A stretch of DNA of 64,000 nucleotides. Origin: a virus (taxonomy: Duplodnaviria > Heunggongvirae > Uroviricota > Caudoviricetes). A model generated the notes under the pieces. It did not search any database. It saw only the letters and a list, made by a program, of their open reading frames with translations, and was not told where the DNA came from. The position numbers were made by a program, and so were the translations under genes. Below, in pieces: positions 15,719 to 24,925 of this stretch. The first letter of the stretch is position 1, and every line of letters begins with the position of its first letter. The stretch lies in the IMG/VR virus record IMGVR_UViG_3300020429_000539, positions 172,263-236,262 of that record, one strand, 5' to 3'.

Positions 15719-15904
15719 ATGCCTGGACCTCGCTCTGACAGTGACGGTAGATGGACTTGCGACTTCTGCAAGCAGGCCACGGGCGATATCCGTCCCGAGC
15801 CGAGCGCCTGGCGGACCTGGAAAACGAACTGGTTGTGTCGCAGATGCAGTCGCAACCAAGCCCGCCGTATCGGACGCTTGCTCAAGAACCTTTGTTCCAC
15901 ATAG
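15719..15904 (+). CDS. small Zn-finger protein
   Basis: CDFC ... CRRC. Confidence 0.6.
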   Translation: MPGPRSDSDGRWTCDFCKQATGDIRPEPSAWRTWKTNWLCRRCSRNQARRIGRLLKNLCST

Positions 15905-15928
15905 CATTGCGCACAGGCACCGTACCGC

Positions 15929-16339
15929 ATGAGCAACACGCAATACCATTCACTGAACGAGGCGGCAAACAACGCCAGCGTCCGCGAGCAGACGCGAGAT
16001 TTTCTGTCTTCGCCTGAGAGCGAAGATGCTCCTGCTATCGAGGTTTGGTATGCCATCAACCCCGACTTTTCGGGCGACGGCATGTTCGAGCCGTTCGACA
16101 GCGATATGGGGCCGACCCACGCCAAGCTCGGCGAGGTTGAGTATCGCGCCGATTGGCAGTCTCTTTACGGCGCGCTTCAGGGCGACTTCTGGAGCCCGAA
16201 CGGAGAGGCTCGCTCGCTGATCATGAGCAAGGGCCTTCGCCATACTTCGATGAGCGTCGGCGACGTACTTGTTGTTCGTCACCCCGACCGTCCGACCGAA
16301 ACCTGGATGTGCGCCAACACGGGTTGGCGTCAACTCTGA
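15929..16339 (+). CDS. YodL-like domain protein
   Basis: GLRHTSMSVGDVLVV resembles YodL-like GHSLSVSDVVV motif. Confidence 0.6.
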   Translation: MSNTQYHSLNEAANNASVREQTRDFLSSPESEDAPAIEVWYAINPDFSGDGMFEPFDSDMGPTHAKLGEVEYRADWQSLYGALQGDFWSPNGEARSLIMSKGLRHTSMSVGDVLVVRHPDRPTETWMCANTGWRQL

Positions 16340-16350
16340 TTGGAGCGAGC

Positions 16351-16650
16351 ATGGAAGCCGATTTGTTGCAGGCACCGTTCGTCGTCGCTGTTCTCGGCGA
16401 CGCTGAAAAGAAGCACCGTTCCGTCATCCTGTTCAGCGAGACAGGCGAGATGTTCGTGGCGGCTCATCGACTTCGCAGCCGTGAACTCGAAGTGGGCGAG
16501 ACGCTGAGCTTTTACACTGATTCGCATGGGAACCCGATTTCGTGGCCTTTCCAAGGGTTCGAGGACGGAAAGCACATAGGACATGCGCGCGATTCCAGGT
16601 TGAAGACGCTTTGGGAACAGTTGGCAGCAAGACTGGGAGTGCCTGCATGA
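16351..16650 (+). CDS. hypothetical protein
   Basis: SD GGAG. Confidence 0.7.
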   Translation: MEADLLQAPFVVAVLGDAEKKHRSVILFSETGEMFVAAHRLRSRELEVGETLSFYTDSHGNPISWPFQGFEDGKHIGHARDSRLKTLWEQLAARLGVPA

Positions 16651-16814
16651 GCATCGAGCGCAATCCTGCATACGACGGGCCGATGGGTGTTTTTACCGGC
16701 TTCGGCGAGTTTGACGATTTTGACATCGGGCCTCAGATCGAAGAAACGCCCGAGTTCGCCGATTTCGAGGCGCGCGAAGAAGAGGAGCCACATACGGAAG
16801 AGTCGGAAGGCTAA
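16647..16814 (+). CDS. small acidic hypothetical protein
   Basis: ATGA-coupled. Confidence 0.6.
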   Translation: MSIERNPAYDGPMGVFTGFGEFDDFDIGPQIEETPEFADFEAREEEEPHTEESEG

Positions 16815-16819
16815 CAGGT

Positions 16820-17194
16820 ATGTTTGGAGGAAACCGCATCTTGAAAAGGGGCAAGAAAGAGATTGCCCAACTCAACAAGGAGCAACCTGTGAAAGAGCCG
16901 CCCAAAATCGAGATGGTCGAGGTCAACTTCGGCAAGACCGACTGGCAAGAATCGGCGATGCAACTCGCTGACGCCTGCAATGACTTTCTCTTCGACGCCT
17001 ACTCTGACCGCGAACTCCCTCGCTTTTTCGTGATGGGAACGGTCCTCTACATTCCCGCCTATTTCCTCCACGCTGACACGGCGGCGCAAGCGATGGCGAA
17101 CACGGTCTGCACGAACATCCCCGCTGGCCTCGCTCTCCGCGTCTGGACCGCGATGGCGAACATCGAGGGGTTCCAGCCGTCACGACTTCCCTAA
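16820..17194 (+). CDS. hypothetical protein
   Basis: ATG 25 nt after CCACATA; terminator follows. Confidence 0.8.
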   Translation: MFGGNRILKRGKKEIAQLNKEQPVKEPPKIEMVEVNFGKTDWQESAMQLADACNDFLFDAYSDRELPRFFVMGTVLYIPAYFLHADTAAQAMANTVCTNIPAGLALRVWTAMANIEGFQPSRLP

Positions 17195-17353
17195 TCGTTG
17201 CTCCCCTTCGTCCGCTGCCTCTGGCGCGGGCAAGGGTTTTTTGGGCACAAAAGATGGGTGCTAGGCTGTGAGGCGGCTGCTTCCCACATACGATACAATC
17301 ATGGTTCCGAGGGCTGTAGCAACGACAACCCCTTAACGGCTGGGAGGCCAACA

Positions 17354-18085
17354 ATGGACCAGACTCAACTCATGATCGAACTCTCTCGGATTCAAGGCGC
17401 ACGCTTCCTGAGCGTGACGAGCGCGACCGAGACCCGCATGAACAAGACCAACGGCAAGCGCAAGGCTGCCGAGAAGCGGCTGAATCCGTTTCATGGTCGC
17501 GTTCTGAGCGTTCGCAACTCGACCTACCAGCCCTGCTATGACTACGGCGCGGCGGTGGAGCGGGCGCGTGCGAAGTCCGAAACCTACGATGGTCCCACCG
17601 AATTCGAAGTGGGCGAATCGTGGCACGAGCGCGTCATGGACGCGAACGGCAAGCCGACCGCGTTCGTTCGCCACCCTGAAACCGAGCGGCTGTACTTCTA
17701 CGGGCGCGAACTCGTCAAGGGCAAGACCACCTACATCGCTGCCGAGGATATCCCTGCTCTTGGGGATGATAACCTCCCGACTGGCGCGCTGCTCTACCGT
17801 GCGGGCGACGAAATCGCCTACGATGACCTCTCCCCGTGGATGCCCGAATACAAGCCGAGCGCGAAGCAAGGTCTGAGCGAGGACGAAGAAATCAAGCCGC
17901 GCACCCTTAAGATCGAAAGCATCCGAGGGCTGAAGCGCGACGGCGTTCGCAAGGCCGTGGCGGTTCCCATCGCACGGGCCGAGCCCGAGGCCGTGACGCG
18001 CGTCATGGCGGCGGCTCTGAGCGACATGCCCGATATCGACCTCTCGACCATCCCCGAGCGATACCGCAACACGCCGGCAGCCTGA
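17354..18085 (+). CDS. conserved phage hypothetical protein
   Basis: SD GGGAGG, 243 aa, terminator 18098-18128. Confidence 0.85.
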   Translation: MDQTQLMIELSRIQGARFLSVTSATETRMNKTNGKRKAAEKRLNPFHGRVLSVRNSTYQPCYDYGAAVERARAKSETYDGPTEFEVGESWHERVMDANGKPTAFVRHPETERLYFYGRELVKGKTTYIAAEDIPALGDDNLPTGALLYRAGDEIAYDDLSPWMPEYKPSAKQGLSEDEEIKPRTLKIESIRGLKRDGVRKAVAVPIARAEPEAVTRVMAAALSDMPDIDLSTIPERYRNTPAA

Positions 18086-18186
18086 GCCTCCCAGCCGAAG
18101 GGTCGCCCGATTCGTCGGGCGGCCCTTTGCGTCTTACAAGTGAAAAAGATGGGTGCTAGAATACGCTCAACCCAAACGGAGGAACC

Positions 18187-18822
18187 ATGAGCCTCAAAGA
18201 ACTCAATCTGGACGAATCGCAAAAACTGTTCGAGATGCTGGCTGGCGGCGCGAAGCCTGCTGATATCTTCGATACCTTCGCGCCCGATGACGACGATATC
18301 GACACGATCGAGGCTGGCGTCAAGTTCGACCCGAAGGACGAAAACAACATCGTCTACAAGATGCTGCGTACGCTCGGCAAAGATGTTCCCGACCCACCTG
18401 ACTTGGAGAAGATGGAAGAGCAACTTCCGCCGAATGCTCCGAAGGTCATGCGCGAACTCTTGAAGACCGAGCCTATTACGGCAATCGCAACCATCAAGGT
18501 TGGGCGTGACGGTTCGCTCGATGGATTCGGCTTCGACAGCGGCAAGAAGAAGAACGGCGAACGACTGAGCATCGAAGACCTCATCGGCAAACTTACGGGC
18601 GACAGTGGCGATGGCCCGAAGATGCCGAAACTGAATGGCTTGGGTGGCCTGCTCGGTTCGCTCGCGGAGGCCGCATCGAATGGCGTCGCTCCTAGCGGCG
18701 ACATGCTGACCATCAAGGTCGGGCGCATCAGCATCAAGGGTGGGAACGGCTCGCCTGTCAACATCGGCGTGGAGGATGTCGAAATCTCGGCTCCTGCCCC
18801 GAATGCCGAAGTCGAAGAATAA
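18187..18822 (+). CDS. hypothetical protein
   Basis: SD GGAGG, 211 aa. Confidence 0.8.
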   Translation: MSLKELNLDESQKLFEMLAGGAKPADIFDTFAPDDDDIDTIEAGVKFDPKDENNIVYKMLRTLGKDVPDPPDLEKMEEQLPPNAPKVMRELLKTEPITAIATIKVGRDGSLDGFGFDSGKKKNGERLSIEDLIGKLTGDSGDGPKMPKLNGLGGLLGSLAEAASNGVAPSGDMLTIKVGRISIKGGNGSPVNIGVEDVEISAPAPNAEVEE

Positions 18823-18997
18823 TCAAACCCACCAGTTCCGTTTGGGGAACGGGCACCGCCTAACTGACCTTGGGTGGTGCCTTTTTCTGCGCGCACAAAA
18901 GATGGGTGCTAAAGAGTCAGCATCGTGTTAGGCGGTGTACAAATATAGTAAGAGCCCTTTCTTCACCACATAGCATATTTTTCCGAATCCTTGAACT

Positions 18998-19225
18998 ATG
19001 AACAGAACACGATGCCTTTGTCTGAACGCCATGTTTGTCGCGGCATCAATGGAAGCGATTCCCGAGATGCCCGAACTGAGAGACACCGACCGCGCGCCGT
19101 GGGCTCGGAAGGGTCGCGGACCTGGACAGCGGCGAGGGTGGGGCGATACGAAGGCAAGCCGCAAGACGAGCCCGCGATTCACTCGCAACGGGCGTACGCT
19201 CAAGCGGAAGAAGCGGAGCCGCTAA
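18998..19225 (+). CDS. small basic hypothetical protein
   Basis: ATG 25 nt after CCACATA, no SD. Confidence 0.65.
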   Translation: MNRTRCLCLNAMFVAASMEAIPEMPELRDTDRAPWARKGRGPGQRRGWGDTKASRKTSPRFTRNGRTLKRKKRSR

Positions 19226-19258
19226 GCCACATACGCGCAGAGAACAAGGACGAGAAGC

Positions 19259-19645
19259 ATGAGCAACGACGACAAAGACATTTTCGCCGACGCCCCCATC
19301 ATCAGCAGTTATTCGACCGACGAGGCAATCGCTGATGGCGTTCTCATCCATTTCGTCAGCATCGCGCCTGGCAAGTGGTGTGTGACGCAAGGCGTGTACG
19401 CTGAGGTCGAGAAGAACGCCGGACCTGGTCGCACGCCCGAGCAGGCCCTTCACAACCTGATGAGCGATGTTCTCGCCTTTATCAAGGCGAACCGTGACGA
19501 GGTTGTGAAGCAGGCGCAAGACGGTATCCCCCTGTTCTGCGATGACTTCGCTAAGTGGATGGAGGGCAATGTCACGGGCAAGAAGTTGTGGCTCGGCGGC
19601 AACGAGACCGGCGGATTCACCGTCATGTTCCCGGAGGAACGATAA
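19259..19645 (+). CDS. DUF6573-like protein
   Basis: ISSYSTDEAIADGVLI ... TVMFPEE pattern. Confidence 0.6.
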   Translation: MSNDDKDIFADAPIISSYSTDEAIADGVLIHFVSIAPGKWCVTQGVYAEVEKNAGPGRTPEQALHNLMSDVLAFIKANRDEVVKQAQDGIPLFCDDFAKWMEGNVTGKKLWLGGNETGGFTVMFPEER

Positions 19646-20130
19646 TGGACGCCGAACGACTCGCCGCGCTCGAAGCGTGGGAAAACGAGATGATGCAGAA
19701 GCATGGTTGGTACGCCCACATGGTCGGCCCATCATGCGAGTGCGAAGCGTGTGGCGAGCATGACACAGAGGGCGATACCGACTCGCCTACCCTCGTCAAC
19801 TACCACACGCACGGGCTGACGACTCTCGGGCACACGGACCTGCAAATCGTTCTGCCTATCAATCCGAATCTGGCGATGAGCATTTTTCACACCATCGTCG
19901 GCAACATCAAGGATGGGCAGACCTACGAGCCTGGCGAAACCTATCACGATGTTCTCGGCGACAACCGCGAGGGTCACGAAGGCGGAAGTATGCCCGTGGC
20001 GTTTGCTCTTGCGTCCGAGGGCGCAGACCATCCTGTGCTGCGAGTTATCATTCCCGACGAAGCGGGTTGTGTTGACCGCGAGGCGATGGACGAACAGTAC
20101 GCGATTCAGTGGGAGGGCTTGACAGACTGA
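19645..20130 (+). CDS. DUF4262-like protein
   Basis: HGWYAHMV ... YHTHGLTTLGHTDLQIV. Confidence 0.6.
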   Translation: MDAERLAALEAWENEMMQKHGWYAHMVGPSCECEACGEHDTEGDTDSPTLVNYHTHGLTTLGHTDLQIVLPINPNLAMSIFHTIVGNIKDGQTYEPGETYHDVLGDNREGHEGGSMPVAFALASEGADHPVLRVIIPDEAGCVDREAMDEQYAIQWEGLTD

Positions 20131-20256
20131 GGGCGGCGGCGCGTTGAAGCGTGAACTTGTCACTCACGGCAAATCCCGGATAAGGTGGACAACAAAAAAC
20201 AAACCCCGGGCACGCCGCCCTTTTCCACATACGAAAAGGCAGCAACAACAGAACAC

Positions 20257-20448
20257 GAGCGGTAAAGCAGTAATCAATCCAAGGGGATGCTCTTGGGCGC
20301 GTCGAGGCGCTAACCTCGCTGGGCGGAGACATCCGCCACCGCTCTTTGCGAGATTGAAGCAAGGGCCCTGTATGCTTCAGACAGGAAGATGGACATGCCG
20401 GTTCGACTCCGGGCCTGTCGGGGAATGCGCATTCCCCTCTCGCTTTTT
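20257..20448 (+). ncRNA. ~190-nt structured small RNA with tRNA-like T-arm
   Basis: Starts at predicted +1 of CCACATA 20225; gagcggt/accgctc junction with 3 hairpins; ccgg-TTCGACT-ccgg inside gacagg/cctgtc; terminal ggggaat-gcgc-attcccc + T5. Confidence 0.65.
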
Positions 20449-20507
20449 CGCGCACAAAAGATGGGTGCTACTCGACCACATACGCTCGACATCAAGAGCC
20501 GATGACC

Positions 20508-20738
20508 ATGAAGATTCGACTCATCAAAGAATACGATGACCACGAACCCGTTGTTCTCGGCACGGTCACAACTCACAACTCTACGCTACACGAGAACGCG
20601 GCTCGTGCCCTCATCGATGTGGCATGGTCTGAGTTCCAGTCAACCGAGCCTGACTGCGATTCCGATTTTCCCGATTGGCTTGTCAAGAATCATCCATTCG
20701 AGATGGTTACTGACGACACGATGGATGTCATTCTGTAG
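20508..20738 (+). CDS. hypothetical protein
   Basis: ATG 25 nt after CCACATA 20476. Confidence 0.8.
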   Translation: MKIRLIKEYDDHEPVVLGTVTTHNSTLHENAARALIDVAWSEFQSTEPDCDSDFPDWLVKNHPFEMVTDDTMDVIL

Positions 20739-20785
20739 CCACATAGGTACGGCGGCTATAGTCGTGAAGCGAAAGGAGCAACGAC

Positions 20786-21616
20786 ATGGCAGCACGATAC
20801 ACTTCCATTTCCCGCGACGAGATTCAGGCGTTCTTCGACAGGCACCATCTCGATTGGACCCCGAACCGTTCGGGCGATGAACTCGTCTTCGACCACTCGC
20901 TTGCGCTCGGCTACACGCTCCGCGTCAACACCAGCCTGAGGTTCGACCGCGATACCTCGCGTCCCTCTGGTAGCGACGCCATCCGAACTTTTGCCTTTAT
21001 CGACGGCGGACGCGGACTCGTCAAGTCGATGGTCACGAAGCGCACGCAGAACTGGCGGCGCAACCTCGCTGACCGTATCGACGAGGTTCGCCAGTTGGCC
21101 GAGTTCCGCATCGAGGACCAGATGGAGCGTGAGGCCAACCGTGCCGAAGCCGCCCAAGCCGAGGAGGAGGTTCGCCCGAACCTGCGGCATATCCCCGAGT
21201 GTGTCGCCATCCACAACGGAACCTACACCATCAAGAACCGTTCGACGGGCGACCACCGCACGCTCGAAATCAAGACGGTCCTGCCCGACGACTCGTTGCC
21301 CGACAACCACTTCAAGAACCAGAACAGCGGACGGCGCACCGTGTCTCTGCTTACGGGCCCCGACAACACGAGCGACTACACGATGATCGGTTGGCTCGAA
21401 GAGCGCAACATCCGCATGACGCAGCGTTACCGCGACAGCCGCCCCACACGGGCTATTGCCTACATGCTGTTCGACCTCGCGCTCCACGGCGAGAACAGCC
21501 CCTACGCGGCGCAGTATGAACTTCTCAAGGAAGGGCGTTGCTTGCGCTGCAATCGCAAACTGACCACGCCCGAGTCGATTTCTAAAGGAATTGGACCGAT
21601 TTGCGAAGGACTATAA
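20786..21616 (+). CDS. DUF6011-domain protein
   Basis: C-terminal CLRCNRKLTTPESISKGIGPIC; SD GAAAGGAG. Confidence 0.8.
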   Translation: MAARYTSISRDEIQAFFDRHHLDWTPNRSGDELVFDHSLALGYTLRVNTSLRFDRDTSRPSGSDAIRTFAFIDGGRGLVKSMVTKRTQNWRRNLADRIDEVRQLAEFRIEDQMEREANRAEAAQAEEEVRPNLRHIPECVAIHNGTYTIKNRSTGDHRTLEIKTVLPDDSLPDNHFKNQNSGRRTVSLLTGPDNTSDYTMIGWLEERNIRMTQRYRDSRPTRAIAYMLFDLALHGENSPYAAQYELLKEGRCLRCNRKLTTPESISKGIGPICEGL

Positions 21617-22102
21617 GGCCCAACACCTGAATAGGAGGTATGGACCAACATAAATACTGCAACGGATGTAAGAAAACGCTGCTCTTAGATAAGTTTGGGC
21701 AGCGAATGAAACGAGGAAAGAAGACATATCGTGCGCGCTGTAAAAAGTGTGATGCGGATTCTGCTCGAAAATGGAGACAAAATAATCCTGAGAAGTTTCG
21801 AGAACAAAAAGCGAAATGGAACAAGGCAAACCCTCGCGCACGAACTCTATCAAAATGGAGATCATTTGCCCGTAAGCATGGGCTCGACCCTCAAGAAATA
21901 ACCGAGATGATTGAGGGACATTGTGGGAAATGTGATATTTGCGGAGAAACACAAAGTAAAAACGGAACTTCTTTGCATGTCGATCATTGTCATTCTACTC
22001 ATAGGATTCGAGGACTGCTTTGCGACCGATGCAACATTGCTATCGGTCACTTACGAAATGATCCCCAACTTTGTCGAAAGGCCGCAAAATATCTCATGTA
22101 AC
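21578..22102 (+). mobile_element. 525-bp homing-endonuclease insertion carrying a replacement 3' end of the DUF6011 gene
   Basis: Removal rejoins PES-IESGIGPVCAGR* and restores ATGA coupling to 22138; insert is AT-rich. Confidence 0.8.
21640..22101 (+). CDS. endonuclease VII-family (HNH) homing endonuclease
   Basis: CDICG...LHVDHCHSTHRIRGLLCDRCNIAIG; N-terminal Zn finger CNGC..CKKC. Confidence 0.9.
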   Translation: MDQHKYCNGCKKTLLLDKFGQRMKRGKKTYRARCKKCDADSARKWRQNNPEKFREQKAKWNKANPRARTLSKWRSFARKHGLDPQEITEMIEGHCGKCDICGETQSKNGTSLHVDHCHSTHRIRGLLCDRCNIAIGHLRNDPQLCRKAAKYLM

Positions 22103-22137
22103 ATTGAGAGCGGCATCGGACCTGTGTGCGCTGGCCG

Positions 22138-22572
22138 ATGAACTTCACGACCGCCGAACTCGACCACCAAGAGCGTATCGCTCGCCACCGTGACGGAGTT
22201 GCAGCACTGCAACTCGACCGCCCCTCAACCCTCGCCGAATGCGTAGAAGCACTTGTAGCCCTTTACGAGCAGAACTGGAACGCTGACGCATTTCAGATCA
22301 ACTGTGGCGATTGCGATGCCTTTGCGATGGAACTGATACAGATTTGGACGGGCGAGGACCGCGAGACAGATGACGCTGTGGTGCTGTGGGGCGAAGACCT
22401 CGAAGACGACGAAGACCGTTCCGAGGATATCGCGGGTCTTCATGCTTGCGCGAAGATTGAGGGACGCTACTACGACAGCGAGTGTCCGGAGGGCGAAGAT
22501 GATTGGCGGGCACTTCCATGTTTTGCCCGCTACTTTGGAAGCGTTCTAAAAGCGCAACCGCACACCGCCTAA
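22138..22572 (+). CDS. hypothetical protein
   Basis: MNFTTAELDH..., coupled to displaced original stop. Confidence 0.75.
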   Translation: MNFTTAELDHQERIARHRDGVAALQLDRPSTLAECVEALVALYEQNWNADAFQINCGDCDAFAMELIQIWTGEDRETDDAVVLWGEDLEDDEDRSEDIAGLHACAKIEGRYYDSECPEGEDDWRALPCFARYFGSVLKAQPHTA

Positions 22573-22892
22573 CAGACAATGAAACTGTTTAAGGTAAAAT
22601 ATGCACGATACCTAATACCCATAAGTCGCCGACTGGCTTGGGTTTAGGTTCGTTTTTTAAAAGGAATGACACTCACACCACCGAACATCGTCATCGGGGT
22701 TTGTTTTTATTAAACACACGCTGCCTAACACGCACAAGTCATTGAAAACAAAGAGTTTATGGTTTATTATTTATAATATAAATGCACACCACCGAACAAA
22801 AAGATGGGTGCATGATTCACGCCATGACAGTTGCGCGCTAGTCGAGCCACATACAAGTGAACGGTGGCGTGGTAGACTAAAGGAGCAGCAAA

Positions 22893-23096
22893 ATGTTTGA
22901 TTCCAACTTCAAGCCGTCACCCAACTCGACCGCCATTTGCATCGAGATTCCCGAGGACTTGCCGCCCGAGCGTCGCCGTGATTTGGCGCAGCGTCTTGCC
23001 CGCGCAGCGGCTCAGGAGGGAGCGCAGGGAGCCCGCGTTCTGTGGAGCGAGGTCTACGATGACCGCCTTGGGCCGCCAGTCTTCTACCAGCCGTGA
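22893..23096 (+). CDS. hypothetical protein
   Basis: SD AAAGGAG begins at predicted +1. Confidence 0.75.
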   Translation: MFDSNFKPSPNSTAICIEIPEDLPPERRRDLAQRLARAAAQEGAQGARVLWSEVYDDRLGPPVFYQP

Positions 23097-23175
23097 CCCA
23101 CATAGCGTAGTGGTTTGATGCTGATGTCTGAGCAAAGCAGCGCATCTCTGAAGCGCTCAGCGAGGAGCAACGACA

Positions 23176-23655
23176 ATGGCAGTCAAAATCACCATTCGCC
23201 GCCGAGGACGGTTCTCTGTTCCGAATCTGACTTTCACCAACCAGTGTGGCCGCGAGGGTCAGCGAGAGTTCGACTTTTCGTGCCGCATCACGGTTGCGCG
23301 GCTCGATGACCAAGGCTTCGTGTGCGACAACTTCAAAGTAGTGCCCGCCCTTCAGAATAAGTTTGGAAGGGGCCGATGGCTCGCGTCGTGCGAGCAGTTG
23401 GCTGGCGCGGGCGTGTGGTTGATGCACGAACTCTGCGGAGGTCGCGCCACCCGCATCGAGTTCGAGGTCAGTCCCATCGCTGAGGCCGGCGTGACTGTTG
23501 AGTGGGAGTCAGGCGACGAGTTGCCCGACTTCTACCCCAGGCAACTCGACCGTGTTGAGCGTCAGCGAGGGATGCGCAACCATCGCACAAACACAGGCGC
23601 GAATCAGTGGGAGAGGATGAACCCGCGAGAGGTTCTGGCGGCGGCTCCGTTCTAA
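23176..23655 (+). CDS. hypothetical protein
   Basis: SD GAGGAG, 159 aa. Confidence 0.8.
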   Translation: MAVKITIRRRGRFSVPNLTFTNQCGREGQREFDFSCRITVARLDDQGFVCDNFKVVPALQNKFGRGRWLASCEQLAGAGVWLMHELCGGRATRIEFEVSPIAEAGVTVEWESGDELPDFYPRQLDRVERQRGMRNHRTNTGANQWERMNPREVLAAAPF

Positions 23656-23687
23656 CCACATAGGCACTTTGTCGGAGAACGAGAGAC

Positions 23688-24077
23688 ATGGGATACATGG
23701 ATATTTCAATGGGAGGTTCGGATTTTGCGGCTGGTCTCGCCAGCAACGCTTTCGATGCCCTCGCAAAAGTCTTCCGCAAGCACATGAAGGAAGAAGACGG
23801 CAACGCCTACAACACGAGCGGCGTGGTCAATGTCGCGCTGTGGTTTGAGGGGTGTGTTTCCGAAGCCCTCGAAGGGTGGTGCGAACTCTGTGAGAACCCG
23901 CTCTACAATGTCGCCGTCGAGTGTCGTGACCGCTTGATCGAAGAAGAAATCAAGCCCGCGCAGAAGAAATCGCTTTGGGAAAACGAAGACAACCGCATCT
24001 ACCACCTGACCCGCTACCGCGAACTCCGCAACGCGCTCAACAAGTTCATTCGTGCCTATGAGCGACAGTGGGACTAA
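23688..24077 (+). CDS. hypothetical protein
   Basis: ATG 25 nt after CCACATA. Confidence 0.8.
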   Translation: MGYMDISMGGSDFAAGLASNAFDALAKVFRKHMKEEDGNAYNTSGVVNVALWFEGCVSEALEGWCELCENPLYNVAVECRDRLIEEEIKPAQKKSLWENEDNRIYHLTRYRELRNALNKFIRAYERQWD

Positions 24078-24109
24078 CCACATACAGCAACGAAAGAAGA
24101 CCGACAAGC

Positions 24110-24580
24110 ATGAGCAAGACCATCAGCGAAAGCGAACGCCGAGAGACTCTCAAGAAGTTCTCTGACCTCCACAAGCGAGACTTCCTGCTGCCTGAGGCCG
24201 CGACCCTCGATGACATCTTCACGGAGGTCGGTAAGGACATTGAGGAGCAGGTTCTCGGCTCGTTCTGCGGCGAGACATACCGCGACCCCAGCACCCTCCG
24301 CGAGCGAGTGGACCGCTGCCAGGTCGGCAACGGCATCTGGGCCTTCCGCACTCGTCTGAACGGGCACTTCCGCTGCGGCGGACTTCAAGAGGGCGTGCTG
24401 ACGAAGATTCGTGAGAGCATGCTGCCCGTTGATAATGATCGGCTTTACTTCGAGATTGTCGAGTGGTCGTCGGACAACCTCGCCCTCGTCATCGTCAAGC
24501 ACAATGCCATCCTCGGCTCCCGTTACCTCGCGCTGATCGATGCTTCGAGTCTTGATAAGGTCAAGACGGGCACCACATAG
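24110..24580 (+). CDS. hypothetical protein
   Basis: ATG 25 nt after CCACATA. Confidence 0.8.
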   Translation: MSKTISESERRETLKKFSDLHKRDFLLPEAATLDDIFTEVGKDIEEQVLGSFCGETYRDPSTLRERVDRCQVGNGIWAFRTRLNGHFRCGGLQEGVLTKIRESMLPVDNDRLYFEIVEWSSDNLALVIVKHNAILGSRYLALIDASSLDKVKTGTT

Positions 24581-24604
24581 CATTTTTGCGCGGAATCAAA
24601 AAGC

Positions 24605-24901
24605 ATGAGCAACAAGAGTTACAGCCATGTCACGGACGGAATCATCCACGGCGTAAAAATGCGAAGCGGTATCACTGGATGGCGCACGCGGCTTCAAAAC
24701 AGTTATGACAGCCGCGCTCAGTTTCGTGCGTATTCCGAAACCCACGGACTTCTCGAACGGATGGACGGTTTTGATTATGTCAGCGATGCGTGGGAAGCCA
24801 ACCCCATCATCGAGGGCAGCGTCAATCCTCTCGACTTCCGCGTGGTGCCCGAGGATGAGGTTCCCGCAGACCAACGGGCGCTGCTTGGGCTTTCCACATA
24901 G
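24605..24901 (+). CDS. hypothetical protein
   Basis: ATG 25 nt after CCACATA. Confidence 0.8.
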   Translation: MSNKSYSHVTDGIIHGVKMRSGITGWRTRLQNSYDSRAQFRAYSETHGLLERMDGFDYVSDAWEANPIIEGSVNPLDFRVVPEDEVPADQRALLGLST

Positions 24902-24925
24902 CCAACAAGCAAGGACACACGAAGT

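Noticed and set aside
21578-22102. Group I intron in the DUF6011 gene
   Set aside because: The insert is almost wholly ORF with no room for a P3-P9 core, does not end in G, and supplies its own stop codon
23176-23655. QueD/T-fold (7-deazaguanine pathway) assignment
   Set aside because: Catalytic His/Cys motifs (HGH) not present; left as hypothetical
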